DNA of 64,000 bases from Cyanobacteria bacterium P01_D01_bin.156 (lineage in GTDB: Bacteria > Cyanobacteriota > Cyanobacteriia > Phormidesmidales > Phormidesmidaceae), in the NCBI GenBank assembly GCA_039024555.1, contig JBCCQQ010000035.1:1-64000 (forward strand). Reading direction: 5' to 3'. Under the pieces are notes generated by a model that was not told the DNA's origin, ran no database searches, and saw nothing but the letters and a program-made list of their open reading frames with translations. A program made the position numbers and the translations under genes. Positions 9,279-21,408 of this stretch are shown here, piece after piece. Numbering within the stretch: position 1 is the stretch's first letter; every line of letters starts with the position of its first letter.

Positions 9279-10910
9279 CTAGGTTTGCTTTGCTAGCAGA
9301 GGCGCAGCAGACAGCAACGACTTTGTATAAGGGTGTTGGGGGACCGTGAATAGCTTCTCTGTCGGGCCAAGTTCAACAATCTTGCCAGATTGCATTACCG
9401 CAATGCGATCGCACAGATATCGTGCCACCCACAAATCGTGCGTAATAAATAAGTAGGTCAGATCCAGCTCCTTTTTAAGCTTTAATAGCAGCTCCAGTAC
9501 TTGAGCTTGAATACTGGCATCTAGCATACTGACCGGCTCATCACAAATGACCAGCTTAGGCTTTGTAATCAATGCTCGGGCAATCGCCACTCGCTGCTGC
9601 TGACCTCCTGACAAATCATCAGGGTAACGCTGATAGTACTCTTCTGTAGGCGTCAGCCCCACTTGCCTTAACATGGCATGGACCTGCTGTTTCGCTTCAT
9701 TAGCCGTGGCTAAACCATGGATCAGTAAAGGATCTGCAATCCCCCGACCAACGGTCATCATCGGGTTAAGACAGGCGTGGGGGTCTTGAAAAATCATCTG
9801 AAAGTTGCGCCGTTGTTGCTGGAGCTCGCCCCGCGACAGACCGACTAAATTTTGCCCCAGAAATTCTACGCGCCCCGATGTGGGGGGAATGATTTGCATC
9901 AACGTACGCGAAAAGGTGCTCTTACCGCAGCCCGATTCACCCACCAATCCGAGGACTTCACCAGGGTGCAAATCGACGGAAATACCATCTACGGCCTTAA
10001 TTGTTTCCGGTGGCCTGCGGTTAAACACCTTGGCCAATAGTCCCGGCTCTATGGTGTAGTGCTTCACCAAATCCTGCACTCGCAACAGGGGCGCTTGAGC
10101 TGTAGCGGATTCACCAGCTTCAACTTCATAGTTCTGTAGCTGATGGGCGGCCTGCAGTAGCCCCTGGGTGTAATCGGCTTGGGGACTATATAGTACCTGT
10201 TGCGTAGGGCCAATCTCCACTAGCTTGCCCTGATACATAACGGCAATGCGATCGCAATATTCCCCTACAAGCGCCAAATCATGGGAAATCAAGATCAGTG
10301 CCATCCCCCGCTCTCTGCATAGCTGGGTGAGTAAATCTAAAATTTGGGCCGATACTGTCACATCCAGACTCGTTGTCGGCTCATCCGCCACAATCAATTT
10401 AGGATCTAGCAACAGAGCTAGGGCAATCGCCACTCGCTGCCGCATGCCACCACTAAACTCATGGGGATACTGCTCCCAACGATTGGCTGGGATATTGACT
10501 GATTCAAGGGTAGCAACAGCAATTTCCTTGGCCTTTTGTTTAGATAGCTCCGATCGATGGGCCCGTAGCGTTTCCACACAATGGCCCCCAATGGTCATCA
10601 ACGGATCTAAGCGCGTCATCGGATCTTGAAATACCAATGACACCGCTTCTCCACGGAAACGCCGCATCTCAGAGGCTGAAAACCCAAATACATCCTGCCC
10701 TTCAAACAACGACTGCCCTTGGAGTCGGCTCCCTTTAGGTAGTAGGCGTAATGCAGCTCTTCCCAAGGTAGACTTGCCACACCCTGACTCCCCCACTAGC
10801 CCCAACATTTCCCCAGGTTGCAATGACAGCGAAACCTTCTCCACAGCCCAATCGGTCTGTTTTGGATACGCCACACAAAAGCTATCGAGCTGGAGTAAGG
10901 GAGGACTCAT
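9279..10910 (-). CDS. Peptide/nickel ABC transporter ATP-binding protein, fused double ATPase
   Basis: Two GESGCGKS Walker A motifs; FSGGMRQR and LSGGQQQR signatures; HPYT tail. Confidence 0.93.
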   Translation of the reverse strand: MSPPLLQLDSFCVAYPKQTDWAVEKVSLSLQPGEMLGLVGESGCGKSTLGRAALRLLPKGSRLQGQSLFEGQDVFGFSASEMRRFRGEAVSLVFQDPMTRLDPLMTIGGHCVETLRAHRSELSKQKAKEIAVATLESVNIPANRWEQYPHEFSGGMRQRVAIALALLLDPKLIVADEPTTSLDVTVSAQILDLLTQLCRERGMALILISHDLALVGEYCDRIAVMYQGKLVEIGPTQQVLYSPQADYTQGLLQAAHQLQNYEVEAGESATAQAPLLRVQDLVKHYTIEPGLLAKVFNRRPPETIKAVDGISVDLHPGEVLGLVGESGCGKSTFSRTLMQIIPPTSGRVEFLGQNLVGLSRGELQQQRRNFQMIFQDPHACLNPMMTVGRGIADPLLIHGLATANEAKQQVHAMLRQVGLTPTEEYYQRYPDDLSGGQQQRVAIARALITKPKLVICDEPVSMLDASIQAQVLELLLKLKKELDLTYLFITHDLWVARYLCDRIAVMQSGKIVELGPTEKLFTVPQHPYTKSLLSAAPLLAKQT

Positions 10911-10962
10911 AAACTATAGAAAAAGCACTAATTAAAAAAATCAGGAATGTGGCCAGAGACCG

Positions 10963-11535
10963 TTAAGGATTCTCAAAACGTCGCATCAAATAGGCCACTC
11001 CAAAATCTCCATTGGGATGGTCTTCCAAGAGTTTGGCTAATTCAAATAGCTTTGCCGCAATCTCTGGCCCCAACTTTTCAGCCGTAGCAGTCTGTTCCCG
11101 AAATTCCGCTTCTGCTGCTCGTACATGCCCCTGCCATTCATCCGTAAACAAAAATGGGATATAGGCACTCAATCCTAAAGTTGTCAGCGCCTCCCATTCC
11201 CCTTCATCCAACCAAGTTCCCTTACAGCCAGGGCAGCGCTCAATAAAAAAGGAAACCTGCCCTAAATTGATGCGCCCTCTGACTAAATAGAAGCCACAGC
11301 TGGGGCATAATCCAGCCCGGTTATCGTAACGCGATGGTTGATAGTCAATGGATTGAGAGATCGGTACGGCTAACCCTTTAATGCCTAATTTTGGATCTGC
11401 ATTACCAGCCTGCCAAACTTGATAATCTTCAGATGTGACCCAGGATCCATTACAGATATGACAACAGTAGGCTTTCAATTCACCGCCTAATTCACCTGAT
11501 TGAAGCGCCTCTTGAGGATGTTTTGGACAGTGCAT
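10963..11535 (-). CDS. zf-TFIIB-type zinc-ribbon protein
   Basis: CPKH..CHICNGSW and CPSC..RCPGCKGTWLDEGEW ribbons. Confidence 0.8.
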   Translation of the reverse strand: MHCPKHPQEALQSGELGGELKAYCCHICNGSWVTSEDYQVWQAGNADPKLGIKGLAVPISQSIDYQPSRYDNRAGLCPSCGFYLVRGRINLGQVSFFIERCPGCKGTWLDEGEWEALTTLGLSAYIPFLFTDEWQGHVRAAEAEFREQTATAEKLGPEIAAKLFELAKLLEDHPNGDFGVAYLMRRFENP

Positions 11536-11667
11536 CGTCCCTAAATATGATGAGGAATAGAAAATCTAACGTGGATCTAAACGGACTCTATCCACATCAG
11601 CACTGTAGTTTTTCCTAGGAGTAAACTCAAGACTGAAATTCAAAATTGACCGCCCACCAAGGCTTTA

Positions 11668-12030
11668 CTAAGTGGTATCTTCATCCGCAAGCAGTGACCC
11701 CAGCACCGTTGCAAACTCCTGCAGTCTCCCTATACGACTACTTAACTTTTCCAGACGAAGCTGACGGCTTTGCCCTTGGGACGCAGCTTGCACAAAGTTA
11801 ACATCCAACAAAAATAAACGCATATCGCGATGCAGTTCTGTCAGTACCGCATCCCATTGAGCCTGCTGAGATAGCTCTGCCTGAGTCAGCTGCTCCCATA
11901 GAGTGTGACTGAAAAACTGCTGTAACGCCTGTGCATGCTGGACTAAACCATCTTCACCAATGCCTGCCTGGATTTTTTCAAGGCGATTTTTATACGTCTC
12001 AATTGCCTCTGCACTCCCCTGCAGTCCCAT
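11668..12030 (-). CDS. patD: PatD-like protein
   Basis: TELHRDMRLFLLDVNFVQAA...RLEKLSSRI resembles the PatD core; divergent from rel, as recalled for Anabaena; ATG at 12030 chosen. Confidence 0.65.
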   Translation of the reverse strand: MGLQGSAEAIETYKNRLEKIQAGIGEDGLVQHAQALQQFFSHTLWEQLTQAELSQQAQWDAVLTELHRDMRLFLLDVNFVQAASQGQSRQLRLEKLSSRIGRLQEFATVLGSLLADEDTT

Positions 12031-12550
12031 AGTGATGCCACATAACTTACAAACTAAATAAACAAGAGGCACTACTCAGATGAGGCGCTCACTCAGACTA
12101 CGCTTGACTCGCGTACGGTATCTACATTTTTTTACAAAAATCTCTGGAAACTAAACGATTGGATTACTACACAACCCACAAACCGTTACCTTTCGAAAAC
12201 AGCTGATTGTCTGTATCATTTTTAACAGTTCACCTAAAAAATTTATTTAATGTGTCAGTAAGCCTCTTTAATTAGAGATGCTGGTTTTTGTAAATTTTTA
12301 TATTTTTAATCTAGAATAAAAGATTACATCTCTTGACTGAGATGATTCTGCCAAAATTTGGCGTTAACTTGAAATTAACTTGCTACAGAAAAAATTTTCT
12401 TAGGGACTTAGATTGCTTCTGGATCTTATCTTGATAGGCAGATACCACCACCTTTAGGGTTGAGTCGTAAGGACTACTGCTCGGGGCTCGGTATACATTA
12501 GCCAATCCAGAGTCAATCAGGCCTTCATTATCTCTCAACCCCTACCTACC

Positions 12551-14851
12551 ATGACTTCAGCGGCTCCTGTCCTGCCATATGATTGCACCTTACCCACATG
12601 GCTGAGGTCATGCATCCTGGAACATAGTCAATGTTCCCCCCTCGAAGAAGACAGAGAAGATGGTGCGCCCATAGAAATCCCCAAGGACAACAATCAACTG
12701 GTGTGTCAGGCCTTTACCTTTGCCTATCAGCTCCATAAAGGACAGATGCGAGCTTCAGGAGACCCTTACATTGCCCATCCCGTAGCTGTAGCCAACATCT
12801 TACGTGGCTTGGGAGGAGACAGCGCTATGATTGCCGCTGGGTTTCTTCACGATGTGGTGGAAGACACCGATGTAACAGCGGACGAAATTGAAGCTCACTT
12901 TGGCACAGAAGTTCGCCAGATGGTAGAGGGGGTCACTAAGCTTTCAAAATTTCAGTTCAATAGCAAAACAGAGCGTCAAGCTGAAAACTTCCGCCGCATG
13001 TTTTTGGCGATGGCTCAAGACATTCGAGTCATCGTTGTCAAGCTGGCAGATCGTCTGCACAATATGCGCACCCTGCAGCACATGCCCTCTGAAAAACAGG
13101 TGCAGAAAGCTCGCGAAACCATAGAAATTTTTGCTCCCTTGGCGAATCGTCTAGGCATCGGACGCATCAAGTGGGAACTGGAAGATCTATCCTTCAAATA
13201 CCTAGAAGAGGCAGCCTACCAAGATATTAAAAGTCTAATTTCTGAAAAGCGCACCGATCGAGAAGCCAGACTACAGCATGTGGCTGGCGTACTCAAAACT
13301 CAGCTAGAGGCTGAAAATATCAACTGCGTTGAGATCAGCAGCCGCCCCAAACACCTCTACAGCATCTATCGCAAGATGCAGCGTCAGCAGAAAGACTTTC
13401 ATCAGATTTATGACATTGCAGCTGTACGCATTATTGTTGGAACGAAAGTTGATTGCTATCGCGCCCTAGCAGTAGTACATGATCGATTTAAGCCAATTCC
13501 TGGCAGATTCAAAGACTACATTGGTTTACCCAAGGCAAACCGCTATCAATCACTTCACACAGCAGTGATTGGGGAACAGGGACGGCCTATTGAGGTGCAG
13601 ATTCGTACGATGGACATGCACCGTATTGCTGAATATGGGATTGCCGCCCACTGGAAATATAAAGAGACTGGCAATAGTAATACCAAAGTTAATGCGGAAG
13701 ACGAAAAGTTTACTTGGCTACGTCAGCTCCTGGAATGGCAAAGTGAGCTTAAGGATGCTCAGGAATATCTCAGTGATGTCAAAGACAACCTTTTTGATGA
13801 AGAGGTCTATGTGTTTAGTCCAAAGGGTGATGTTTTCGCCCTCAGCCAAGGGGCTACACCTGTAGATTTTGCTTATCGCATTCACACAGAGGTTGGCAAC
13901 CATTGTGCCGGTGCTAAGATAAATGACCGCATCGTCACCCTAGACACCCAGCTCAACAATGGAGATATCGTCGACATTTTAACCAACAAAAATAGCCATC
14001 CCAGCTTAGATTGGCTCAATTTTGTGGTGTCTGCCGGGGCGCGTAGTCGTATTCGTCACTGGTACAAGCAATGTCACCATGATGAAAATATGGCTCGGGG
14101 CCACGCCATGCTGGAAAAAGTGATGGGACGCAATGGTCTGGATTCTCTGCTGAAATCTTCTCCAGCGCAAGCAGCGGCTCAGCGCAGTAATTACCCTTGT
14201 GTAGAAGATATGCTAGCGGCCCTAGGCTATGGGGAAATCACGCTAAATTCCGTGGTTAATCGCCTCCAAGAAGCTGCCAAGGAGCTACAACCCGTTGAGG
14301 AAATCGATGACGAAGCCTTAGCTGAACAAATCAGTAATGATGGTGCCGTTGTACGGACGCACTGGGGGGGAGCCTCCACTGGAGATGCTTCAGATAGTTC
14401 CATTATGGGAGTGGAAGGGTTACTCCATTACATTGCTGGTTGTTGTAATCCGCTGCCGGGGGAATCTATTCTTGGGGCTGTGTCCATGGGGGCACGCGGA
14501 ATTGCGATCCATCGCCAGGGCTGTCCAAATGTGGCATCGATTCCAGGAGAGCGGCTAATCCCAGTGCAGTGGAATTCATCGGATGCAACGACTGGCCGCC
14601 CCCAAACCTATCCAGTCACGCTTAAGCTTGAGGTGATAGACCGGGTAGGAGTGCTCAAGGATATTTTGAGCCATTTATCTGACTTAAAAATCAATGTGCA
14701 TCGTGCAACAGTCACCACATTTCCTGATCAAATCGCTGAAATTGACTTGGGGCTCGATGTGAAAAACCATGCCCACTTTGATCAAACAATGAAAAAGCTA
14801 CGGAAAATGACCGATGTGCTCAAGCTGAAGCGCATTAGTCAGATGGACTAG
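12551..14851 (+). CDS. spoT: Bifunctional (p)ppGpp synthetase/hydrolase (RSH)
   Basis: HDVVED hydrolase motif; RFKDY and EVQIRT synthetase motifs; TGS domain (DFAYRIHT), CCNP, C-terminal ACT domain. Confidence 0.96.
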   Translation: MTSAAPVLPYDCTLPTWLRSCILEHSQCSPLEEDREDGAPIEIPKDNNQLVCQAFTFAYQLHKGQMRASGDPYIAHPVAVANILRGLGGDSAMIAAGFLHDVVEDTDVTADEIEAHFGTEVRQMVEGVTKLSKFQFNSKTERQAENFRRMFLAMAQDIRVIVVKLADRLHNMRTLQHMPSEKQVQKARETIEIFAPLANRLGIGRIKWELEDLSFKYLEEAAYQDIKSLISEKRTDREARLQHVAGVLKTQLEAENINCVEISSRPKHLYSIYRKMQRQQKDFHQIYDIAAVRIIVGTKVDCYRALAVVHDRFKPIPGRFKDYIGLPKANRYQSLHTAVIGEQGRPIEVQIRTMDMHRIAEYGIAAHWKYKETGNSNTKVNAEDEKFTWLRQLLEWQSELKDAQEYLSDVKDNLFDEEVYVFSPKGDVFALSQGATPVDFAYRIHTEVGNHCAGAKINDRIVTLDTQLNNGDIVDILTNKNSHPSLDWLNFVVSAGARSRIRHWYKQCHHDENMARGHAMLEKVMGRNGLDSLLKSSPAQAAAQRSNYPCVEDMLAALGYGEITLNSVVNRLQEAAKELQPVEEIDDEALAEQISNDGAVVRTHWGGASTGDASDSSIMGVEGLLHYIAGCCNPLPGESILGAVSMGARGIAIHRQGCPNVASIPGERLIPVQWNSSDATTGRPQTYPVTLKLEVIDRVGVLKDILSHLSDLKINVHRATVTTFPDQIAEIDLGLDVKNHAHFDQTMKKLRKMTDVLKLKRISQMD

Positions 14852-15215
14852 CTTGATGCAGGATCAAGCGATTACCAGCGGGATCATACGCATAAATTTC
14901 TTGGCCATGGCTAGCTTGAATAACTTGCCCCGGAGGCGGATAGCCCAAGGTTGTGAGTGTAGCGATCGCAGCGTCTAAATCGACCACCTCCAAACAAAGA
15001 CTCATACTGGCCGCTGTGCCTAGAAACTCTTCACAGTGACCGGTACTAGGTCTAAATAGGGCAAGTTTACATCCCGGTAGTTTAAATTCCGCATAGCGGT
15101 CTGGACTGTAGACATCTGGTAGTTGCCCAAAGAATTCCTGATAAAACGCTACCAGCTCTGATAAATTCTCCCCAGCCAGCGTGACAAACACTGTTTGAAT
15201 CCTTAATTCGCTCAT
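14835..15215 (-). CDS. VOC/glyoxalase family protein
   Basis: FYQEFFG, LCLEVVDLD, YAYDPAGNRL. Confidence 0.85.
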   Translation of the reverse strand: MSELRIQTVFVTLAGENLSELVAFYQEFFGQLPDVYSPDRYAEFKLPGCKLALFRPSTGHCEEFLGTAASMSLCLEVVDLDAAIATLTTLGYPPPGQVIQASHGQEIYAYDPAGNRLILHQASPSD

Positions 15216-15289
15216 TCTCTATTCTTTGGCAGTGAGCTTTGCCCACGCTACCAAACCCTGATATTGCCTGAACGGTAAAGCCCGCATAC

Positions 15290-16687
15290 CTATTTGCCAA
15301 TGCAGAATCGGCTAAAAATTTCATCTAACATTGATTCTGTAATTTCTTCCCCCGTCACCTCCCCTAGGGCTCGAATCGCATCCCGTAAATCAATGGTCCA
15401 AAAATCTAGCGGTAGGGATGCTTCAATCGTGGCTTGCACCTGTTTCAAAGAGCGTTGAGCGCAAGTCACAGCAGCAGCCTGACGCTGATTAATCGCTAAC
15501 TCCAGATTTGCAGCACTTAATTGGTCCTTCTGCACAATGCTTAAAATGGCATCCTCCAGATGTGAAATCCCCTGGCCCTGGGCAGCGGCAGTGTTAACCA
15601 CCGGAGCCTTAATATCAGGTAAAGGTACCGGTGGCCCCAAATCCACTTTATTCACCACCACCACATGAGGTTTGTGGTGCAAGGTACGGTAGAGCTCCTC
15701 TTCAGCGGCAGTCCAACCAACGGTTCCATCGACGGTCAACACTACTAAATCGGCTGTTTGAGCAGCTACCTGCGAGCGTTCAATACCCAGCTGCTCTACT
15801 TGTTCAGTGGCCTCGCGAATGCCAGCAGTATCCAGCACCTGCACTGGAATACCTCCCACCACGAGTTGGGATTCCACCACATCGCGAGTCGTGCCGGGTA
15901 ATGCAGTAACAATGGCGCGATCGCAACGACTCCAGGCATTGAGCAGACTCGATTTACCCACATTGGGTTGGCCCACAATCGCCACCTTTAAACCGGTGCG
16001 TAAAAGCTCCCCCTGATGGGCCGTGGATAAAACCTGGGTGACCTCTGTCAAAATCGCATCCAGCTGCAATTTCACGTCATTTTCATCCAGGGGAGGCAGA
16101 TCATCTGCAAAGTCGATGCGAGCTTCTACCTCAGCTAACACATCCAAACAGCGACTACGACAGTGGCGGATCACATCCGTGAGTTTACCCTGCAAACCGG
16201 CTAAGGCCGCTTGAGCAGCCTGGGGTGACTGGGCTCCCACCAAGTCCGCAATCCCCTCCGCCTGGGTTAAATCCAATCGTCCGTTGAGAAACGCACGCAG
16301 GGTGAATTCTCCAGGCTCTGCCAACCTTGCGCCCTGGGCAATACACAGCTGCAGCACCTGCTGCACGGCCATAATGCCACCGTGACAGTGAAATTCCACC
16401 ACATCTTCACGGGTGTAAGAACGAGGCGTGTGCATCAATAGCAGTAAGGCCTCATCGATTACTGATTGGGTGTCGGGATGATGAATGTAGCCATAAAGAA
16501 TGCGGTGGCTTTCCCAAACCTGATTACCCGGTGAAACAAAAAGTTGCTTGGCAATGAAGAGCGCTGTAGCCCCAGATAAACGCACAATTCCCACACTTCC
16601 CTGTTGAGGCACAATGGCAGTTGCGATCGCAGCAATGGTTTCTCCCTGTACGATGTGCCTATGCTGTGTTTTATCTTGACTAGGCAC
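15290..16687 (-). CDS. mnmE: tRNA modification GTPase MnmE
   Basis: [22 protein letters not shown], terminal FCIGK. Confidence 0.97.
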   Translation of the reverse strand: MPSQDKTQHRHIVQGETIAAIATAIVPQQGSVGIVRLSGATALFIAKQLFVSPGNQVWESHRILYGYIHHPDTQSVIDEALLLLMHTPRSYTREDVVEFHCHGGIMAVQQVLQLCIAQGARLAEPGEFTLRAFLNGRLDLTQAEGIADLVGAQSPQAAQAALAGLQGKLTDVIRHCRSRCLDVLAEVEARIDFADDLPPLDENDVKLQLDAILTEVTQVLSTAHQGELLRTGLKVAIVGQPNVGKSSLLNAWSRCDRAIVTALPGTTRDVVESQLVVGGIPVQVLDTAGIREATEQVEQLGIERSQVAAQTADLVVLTVDGTVGWTAAEEELYRTLHHKPHVVVVNKVDLGPPVPLPDIKAPVVNTAAAQGQGISHLEDAILSIVQKDQLSAANLELAINQRQAAAVTCAQRSLKQVQATIEASLPLDFWTIDLRDAIRALGEVTGEEITESMLDEIFSRFCIGK

Positions 16688-16864
16688 CTAACCCGATCTC
16701 CTGTTCACTATCATCAGCCGCTACCTTACCCCATCGCGTCTACGAAATAAGACCCAGGGAAAATTCATAAAATCCCTACGGCCTATTGTCATAATTAGGT
16801 TGGTAGGTCGCTACCTGGCAGTTGTGCCATTAAACCAAGACCAACTAACCCAAAAACTACTATC

Positions 16865-17410
16865 GTGGCGGCTCCCTCTGATTCTCCCAACCCTGAAGAT
16901 CCTAATACCCTACAAAAAACAACATCCAAAAAATCCCTACGCCACAAGCGATCTCGATTACAACGCCTAGTTAGATATATCTACATACGCTTTATTCGAC
17001 TCCGTAGTCATCCTCAAGCCATTGCTCGGGGATTAGCAGCTGGGGTATTTGCAGGTAGCTATCCCCTATTCGGACTACAGACCATCCTGGGAGTTGCGAT
17101 CGCCGCTGCAATCGGTGGCAATAAAATCATTGCAGCAGCAGGAACTTGGATTAGCAACCCCCTCACCTATGTCCCTATGTATGCATTTAACTACCAAATT
17201 GGGCGATGGCTACTGGGACAACCCATAGAAACAAACTTGATCAATCGCTCCCCAAAAGAATGGATGAGCCTTGGTCTGGACATCACATTAGCCTTAATGG
17301 TGGGTAGCACTATCGTCGGCATTATTTTGGCAACCATCAGTTACTACAGTGGCCTCTATCTAGCTCATCGAGTGAAAACTACCCGCAGCAGAGAAAGTCA
17401 TTCACCCTAA
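16865..17410 (+). CDS. DUF2062 membrane protein
   Basis: P.AIARGLAAGVFAG..P.FGLQT and WISNPLTYVP. Confidence 0.8.
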   Translation: MAAPSDSPNPEDPNTLQKTTSKKSLRHKRSRLQRLVRYIYIRFIRLRSHPQAIARGLAAGVFAGSYPLFGLQTILGVAIAAAIGGNKIIAAAGTWISNPLTYVPMYAFNYQIGRWLLGQPIETNLINRSPKEWMSLGLDITLALMVGSTIVGIILATISYYSGLYLAHRVKTTRSRESHSP

Positions 17411-17770
17411 AAGGGCTGTTAGCAATCTCCACCAATAGTTATCAAGTCTTGATTTTGGGATAGATAGATTATCAACGATGGTTCATCTACATGGGACATA
17501 CCAGCCTTCGTCACTAACTGACCTCGTAACCAGTCGCTTAACGCTCAGCCATAGGAGATCCAACACTGCTGTGTATTAAAAAGTGATCAAACAGAACTCA
17601 CTGTCAAGGTTACTTTTAACCACTGTGAACGATATAGTCTAGGTAGACCAAGGTTCGTTTATTAGTACTCGTCCAGAATATTAGATAGGATAGTTATACA
17701 AATCCTGTTAATCGTTAGCTAGCTGGTTAACTCTGATCGCTCTACCAGAATCTCGTTTTCCCACACCACA

Positions 17771-18124
17771 ATGTTCCCTAACACAGCTCGCCACACTATT
17801 AAATATCGTATTAGTAGCCAACAAAGCCCACCTCAAACCACGCGTCTAACGTTTCGAGAGACAGCACCTCGAAATCCAAATCGCTTAAAGCCTTATCTTT
17901 ACGCAGCCAACTACACCGTCAGAAGTATTGACGAAGCCTATCGGCTGCTGCGTGACTACCTGTATACCAATGGTGTAACTGCTGTCGAAAACCTTACGTT
18001 TCCCCATCGGGGCAAGATTGAAGTTATCCCTGGAGCTTCTTGGTGTGGGTCTCAGGTAAAGATCAAAGCAGAGGGAGACCCCACCGACCAAGACACCAGC
18101 AGAAGTAAGCGCTTAGCTAGCTAG
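17771..18124 (+). CDS. Hypothetical protein
   Basis: 117-aa ATG ORF filling the gap before ssb; no motif recognised. Confidence 0.55.
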   Translation: MFPNTARHTIKYRISSQQSPPQTTRLTFRETAPRNPNRLKPYLYAANYTVRSIDEAYRLLRDYLYTNGVTAVENLTFPHRGKIEVIPGASWCGSQVKIKAEGDPTDQDTSRSKRLAS

Positions 18125-18146
18125 TCATCATAGGCTTCAGGCAAAC

Positions 18147-18512
18147 TTAGAACTGATCGTCTTCATAGCTGTTGGACATAGGCGCAGCATTATCTCGCTT
18201 AGAACCTAGCAGATCCAAACGATCAACTCGAATAACTGGGCTAGAGCGCTGGGCACCTGTAGAACGGTCCTGCCAACTGTCCAATTTTAGAGCGCCAACG
18301 ATACCGACCAAGCTCCCTTTCTTGACATAGTTGGCAGCCACTTCAGCATTTCGTCCCCAAAGTTCTAAATTAAACCAATCGGGCTGATCGCTGTTGCGAG
18401 TACGCCGGTTTACAGCAATTGTGAACTTGCAGAGCACATTACCCGATTCAAAATAGCGCACTTCGGGATCCCGTCCGGCGCGACCAACAAGATTTACAAC
18501 ATTTAGACTCAT
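18147..18512 (-). CDS. ssb: Single-stranded DNA-binding protein
   Basis: NVVNLVGRAGRDPE, WFNLELWG, acidic tail EDDQF. Confidence 0.95.
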   Translation of the reverse strand: MSLNVVNLVGRAGRDPEVRYFESGNVLCKFTIAVNRRTRNSDQPDWFNLELWGRNAEVAANYVKKGSLVGIVGALKLDSWQDRSTGAQRSSPVIRVDRLDLLGSKRDNAAPMSNSYEDDQF

Positions 18513-18815
18513 CGCACATTTACTGCAATTGCGTTAACTACTTTATACAGAAGACTGAGATTAGCGTCTAGAATATTGTTCCTTCCCGCAATCTCCATAC
18601 CCCCACCACATAGAATAGAAAAACTAACCGATTCAAATCCTATCAGTCTCAAACTATCGGTTAGTATTTAGACGCTCTCGTAAGAGCACATATCTAGAAG
18701 GGTTCGATGTTTTCTGAATGTAGTCATTGGTCACAAGCCATAGATAAATGGCCAACGTAGGCTGAATTGAATCAACACCAAAATTCAAATGTGCAGACTG
18801 GACGGAACTCTATAA

Positions 18816-19943
<1,128 letters not shown>

Positions 19944-19976
19944 GGCTCTGTAATCAATTAACACACGTTTGCAAGG

Positions 19977-20768
19977 ATGTTTGCATTGAGACGCTGGTGG
20001 GATAGACATGCAGCAAGGGCGGGAGTGGCAACCCTTGCTATAGTCTTGGCGTGGGCAATGCGACAGAGCCAAGGGGCCGTTATCTACGAGCTATATCAAC
20101 TTATTACGTCTCCTCTACACCCTGGTTTAACTCAGGCAGAGCGGTTGGAAAATGCCTATGTTTTAGAGCTCCAGCAGCGGGTTATTGAATTAGAGAATCA
20201 AAATCGCAGCCTACGGGAAAATATTGATTACGCCGCTGGCCAAGGTAACGTAACTATTGCTGCAGTCATCGGACGGAGTGCTGATAATTGGTGGCAGCAA
20301 ATTACAGTCAATAAAGGTAACCGTGATGGCGTCACAGAGGGTGACATGGCGACCGGTCCTGGAGGACTAGTGGGGCGAGTCGTTGGGGTTTCTCAAAACA
20401 CCAGTCAGATTTTACTCATCACTGATCCGGTTAGTCAGATGGGGGTTAAAGTGAGCAGGAGCCGTGCTCTGGGAGTAGTCAGAGGTAATGTTGATGGCCG
20501 TGTGGTGATGCAGTTTTTTGAAACCACCCCTGACGTAAAACCGGGGGATGTCATTGTTACCTCCTCCTATAGCCGTTTGTTTCCCCAAGGTATTCCGGTT
20601 GGGCGCATTGAAAGTATGGACCTGAAGAAAAGTCCAGCCCCAGAAGCCGTTATCCAGCTATCTTCCCCGATCAGTTTTCTTGAATGGGTAACAATTCATC
20701 CATTTGAAGCCAAAACGGATGTTAATGCGCCCCCTGCAGAAATTGCTGATGATCTTCCCAAGCCGTAG
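19977..20768 (+). CDS. mreC: MreC
   Basis: Coiled coil ELENQNRSLR, GLVGRV, LFPQGIPVG; follows mreB. Confidence 0.93.
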   Translation: MFALRRWWDRHAARAGVATLAIVLAWAMRQSQGAVIYELYQLITSPLHPGLTQAERLENAYVLELQQRVIELENQNRSLRENIDYAAGQGNVTIAAVIGRSADNWWQQITVNKGNRDGVTEGDMATGPGGLVGRVVGVSQNTSQILLITDPVSQMGVKVSRSRALGVVRGNVDGRVVMQFFETTPDVKPGDVIVTSSYSRLFPQGIPVGRIESMDLKKSPAPEAVIQLSSPISFLEWVTIHPFEAKTDVNAPPAEIADDLPKP

Positions 20769-20783
20769 CCCTGCTTAGCACCG

Positions 20784-21341
20784 ATGACTACATCTCAGGG
20801 AAAGTCTAATCTTTCAGACTTTCAAAAAATGTGTCTGAATATCACCATTGTGGTGGGCTCGGGGTTGCTGTGCCTGCTCCTATCCCCAATGCGATTTCCA
20901 GGCATTGAACTCCTGGGAGTAGCCCCCAACTGGTTACTCATCTGGGTAGTCATTTGGAGTATTCATTATCCGATTGTTGATGGGGCTATCGCCGGGATCG
21001 TTTTAGGCCTGCTACAAGATGGATTGACAGGTCCCTTTCCCACCCACGCATTGAGCCTCATGCTTGTGGGGATGCTTACAGCCCGCCTTCAGCGTCAACG
21101 CCTTATTCAGGAAAATGTTGTCCTTGTTGCTTTTATTGTTTTTGGAATGGCCGTTGTAGCAACCACTGTAATCGCATTACAGATGAGTGTTCGTCACCTA
21201 CTATGGCCGGACTCACCTTACCTTAGTCTTTGGCAAATTTGGCGTACCCATCAACGGGTGGCGCTGAGTTCAGCTATTTTAAGTAGTCTGTGGACTCCTG
21301 CAATCTATTATCCACTACATCGCTGGTGGAAAAACCTATAG
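20784..21341 (+). CDS. mreD: MreD
   Basis: Hydrophobic; PNWLLIWVV and GLLQDGLT; follows mreC. Confidence 0.9.
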   Translation: MTTSQGKSNLSDFQKMCLNITIVVGSGLLCLLLSPMRFPGIELLGVAPNWLLIWVVIWSIHYPIVDGAIAGIVLGLLQDGLTGPFPTHALSLMLVGMLTARLQRQRLIQENVVLVAFIVFGMAVVATTVIALQMSVRHLLWPDSPYLSLWQIWRTHQRVALSSAILSSLWTPAIYYPLHRWWKNL

Positions 21342-21408
21342 GCATCTTCTACTGGCCTAGGTTTTCCTGATGCTCACTATAGCCATTAGTCATTAAAAGC
21401 TCATACAT

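Noticed and set aside
18623..18665. ACTAACCGAT/ATCGGTTAGT inverted repeat between ssb and mreB
   Set aside because: A single 10-bp stem with a long loop and no other support
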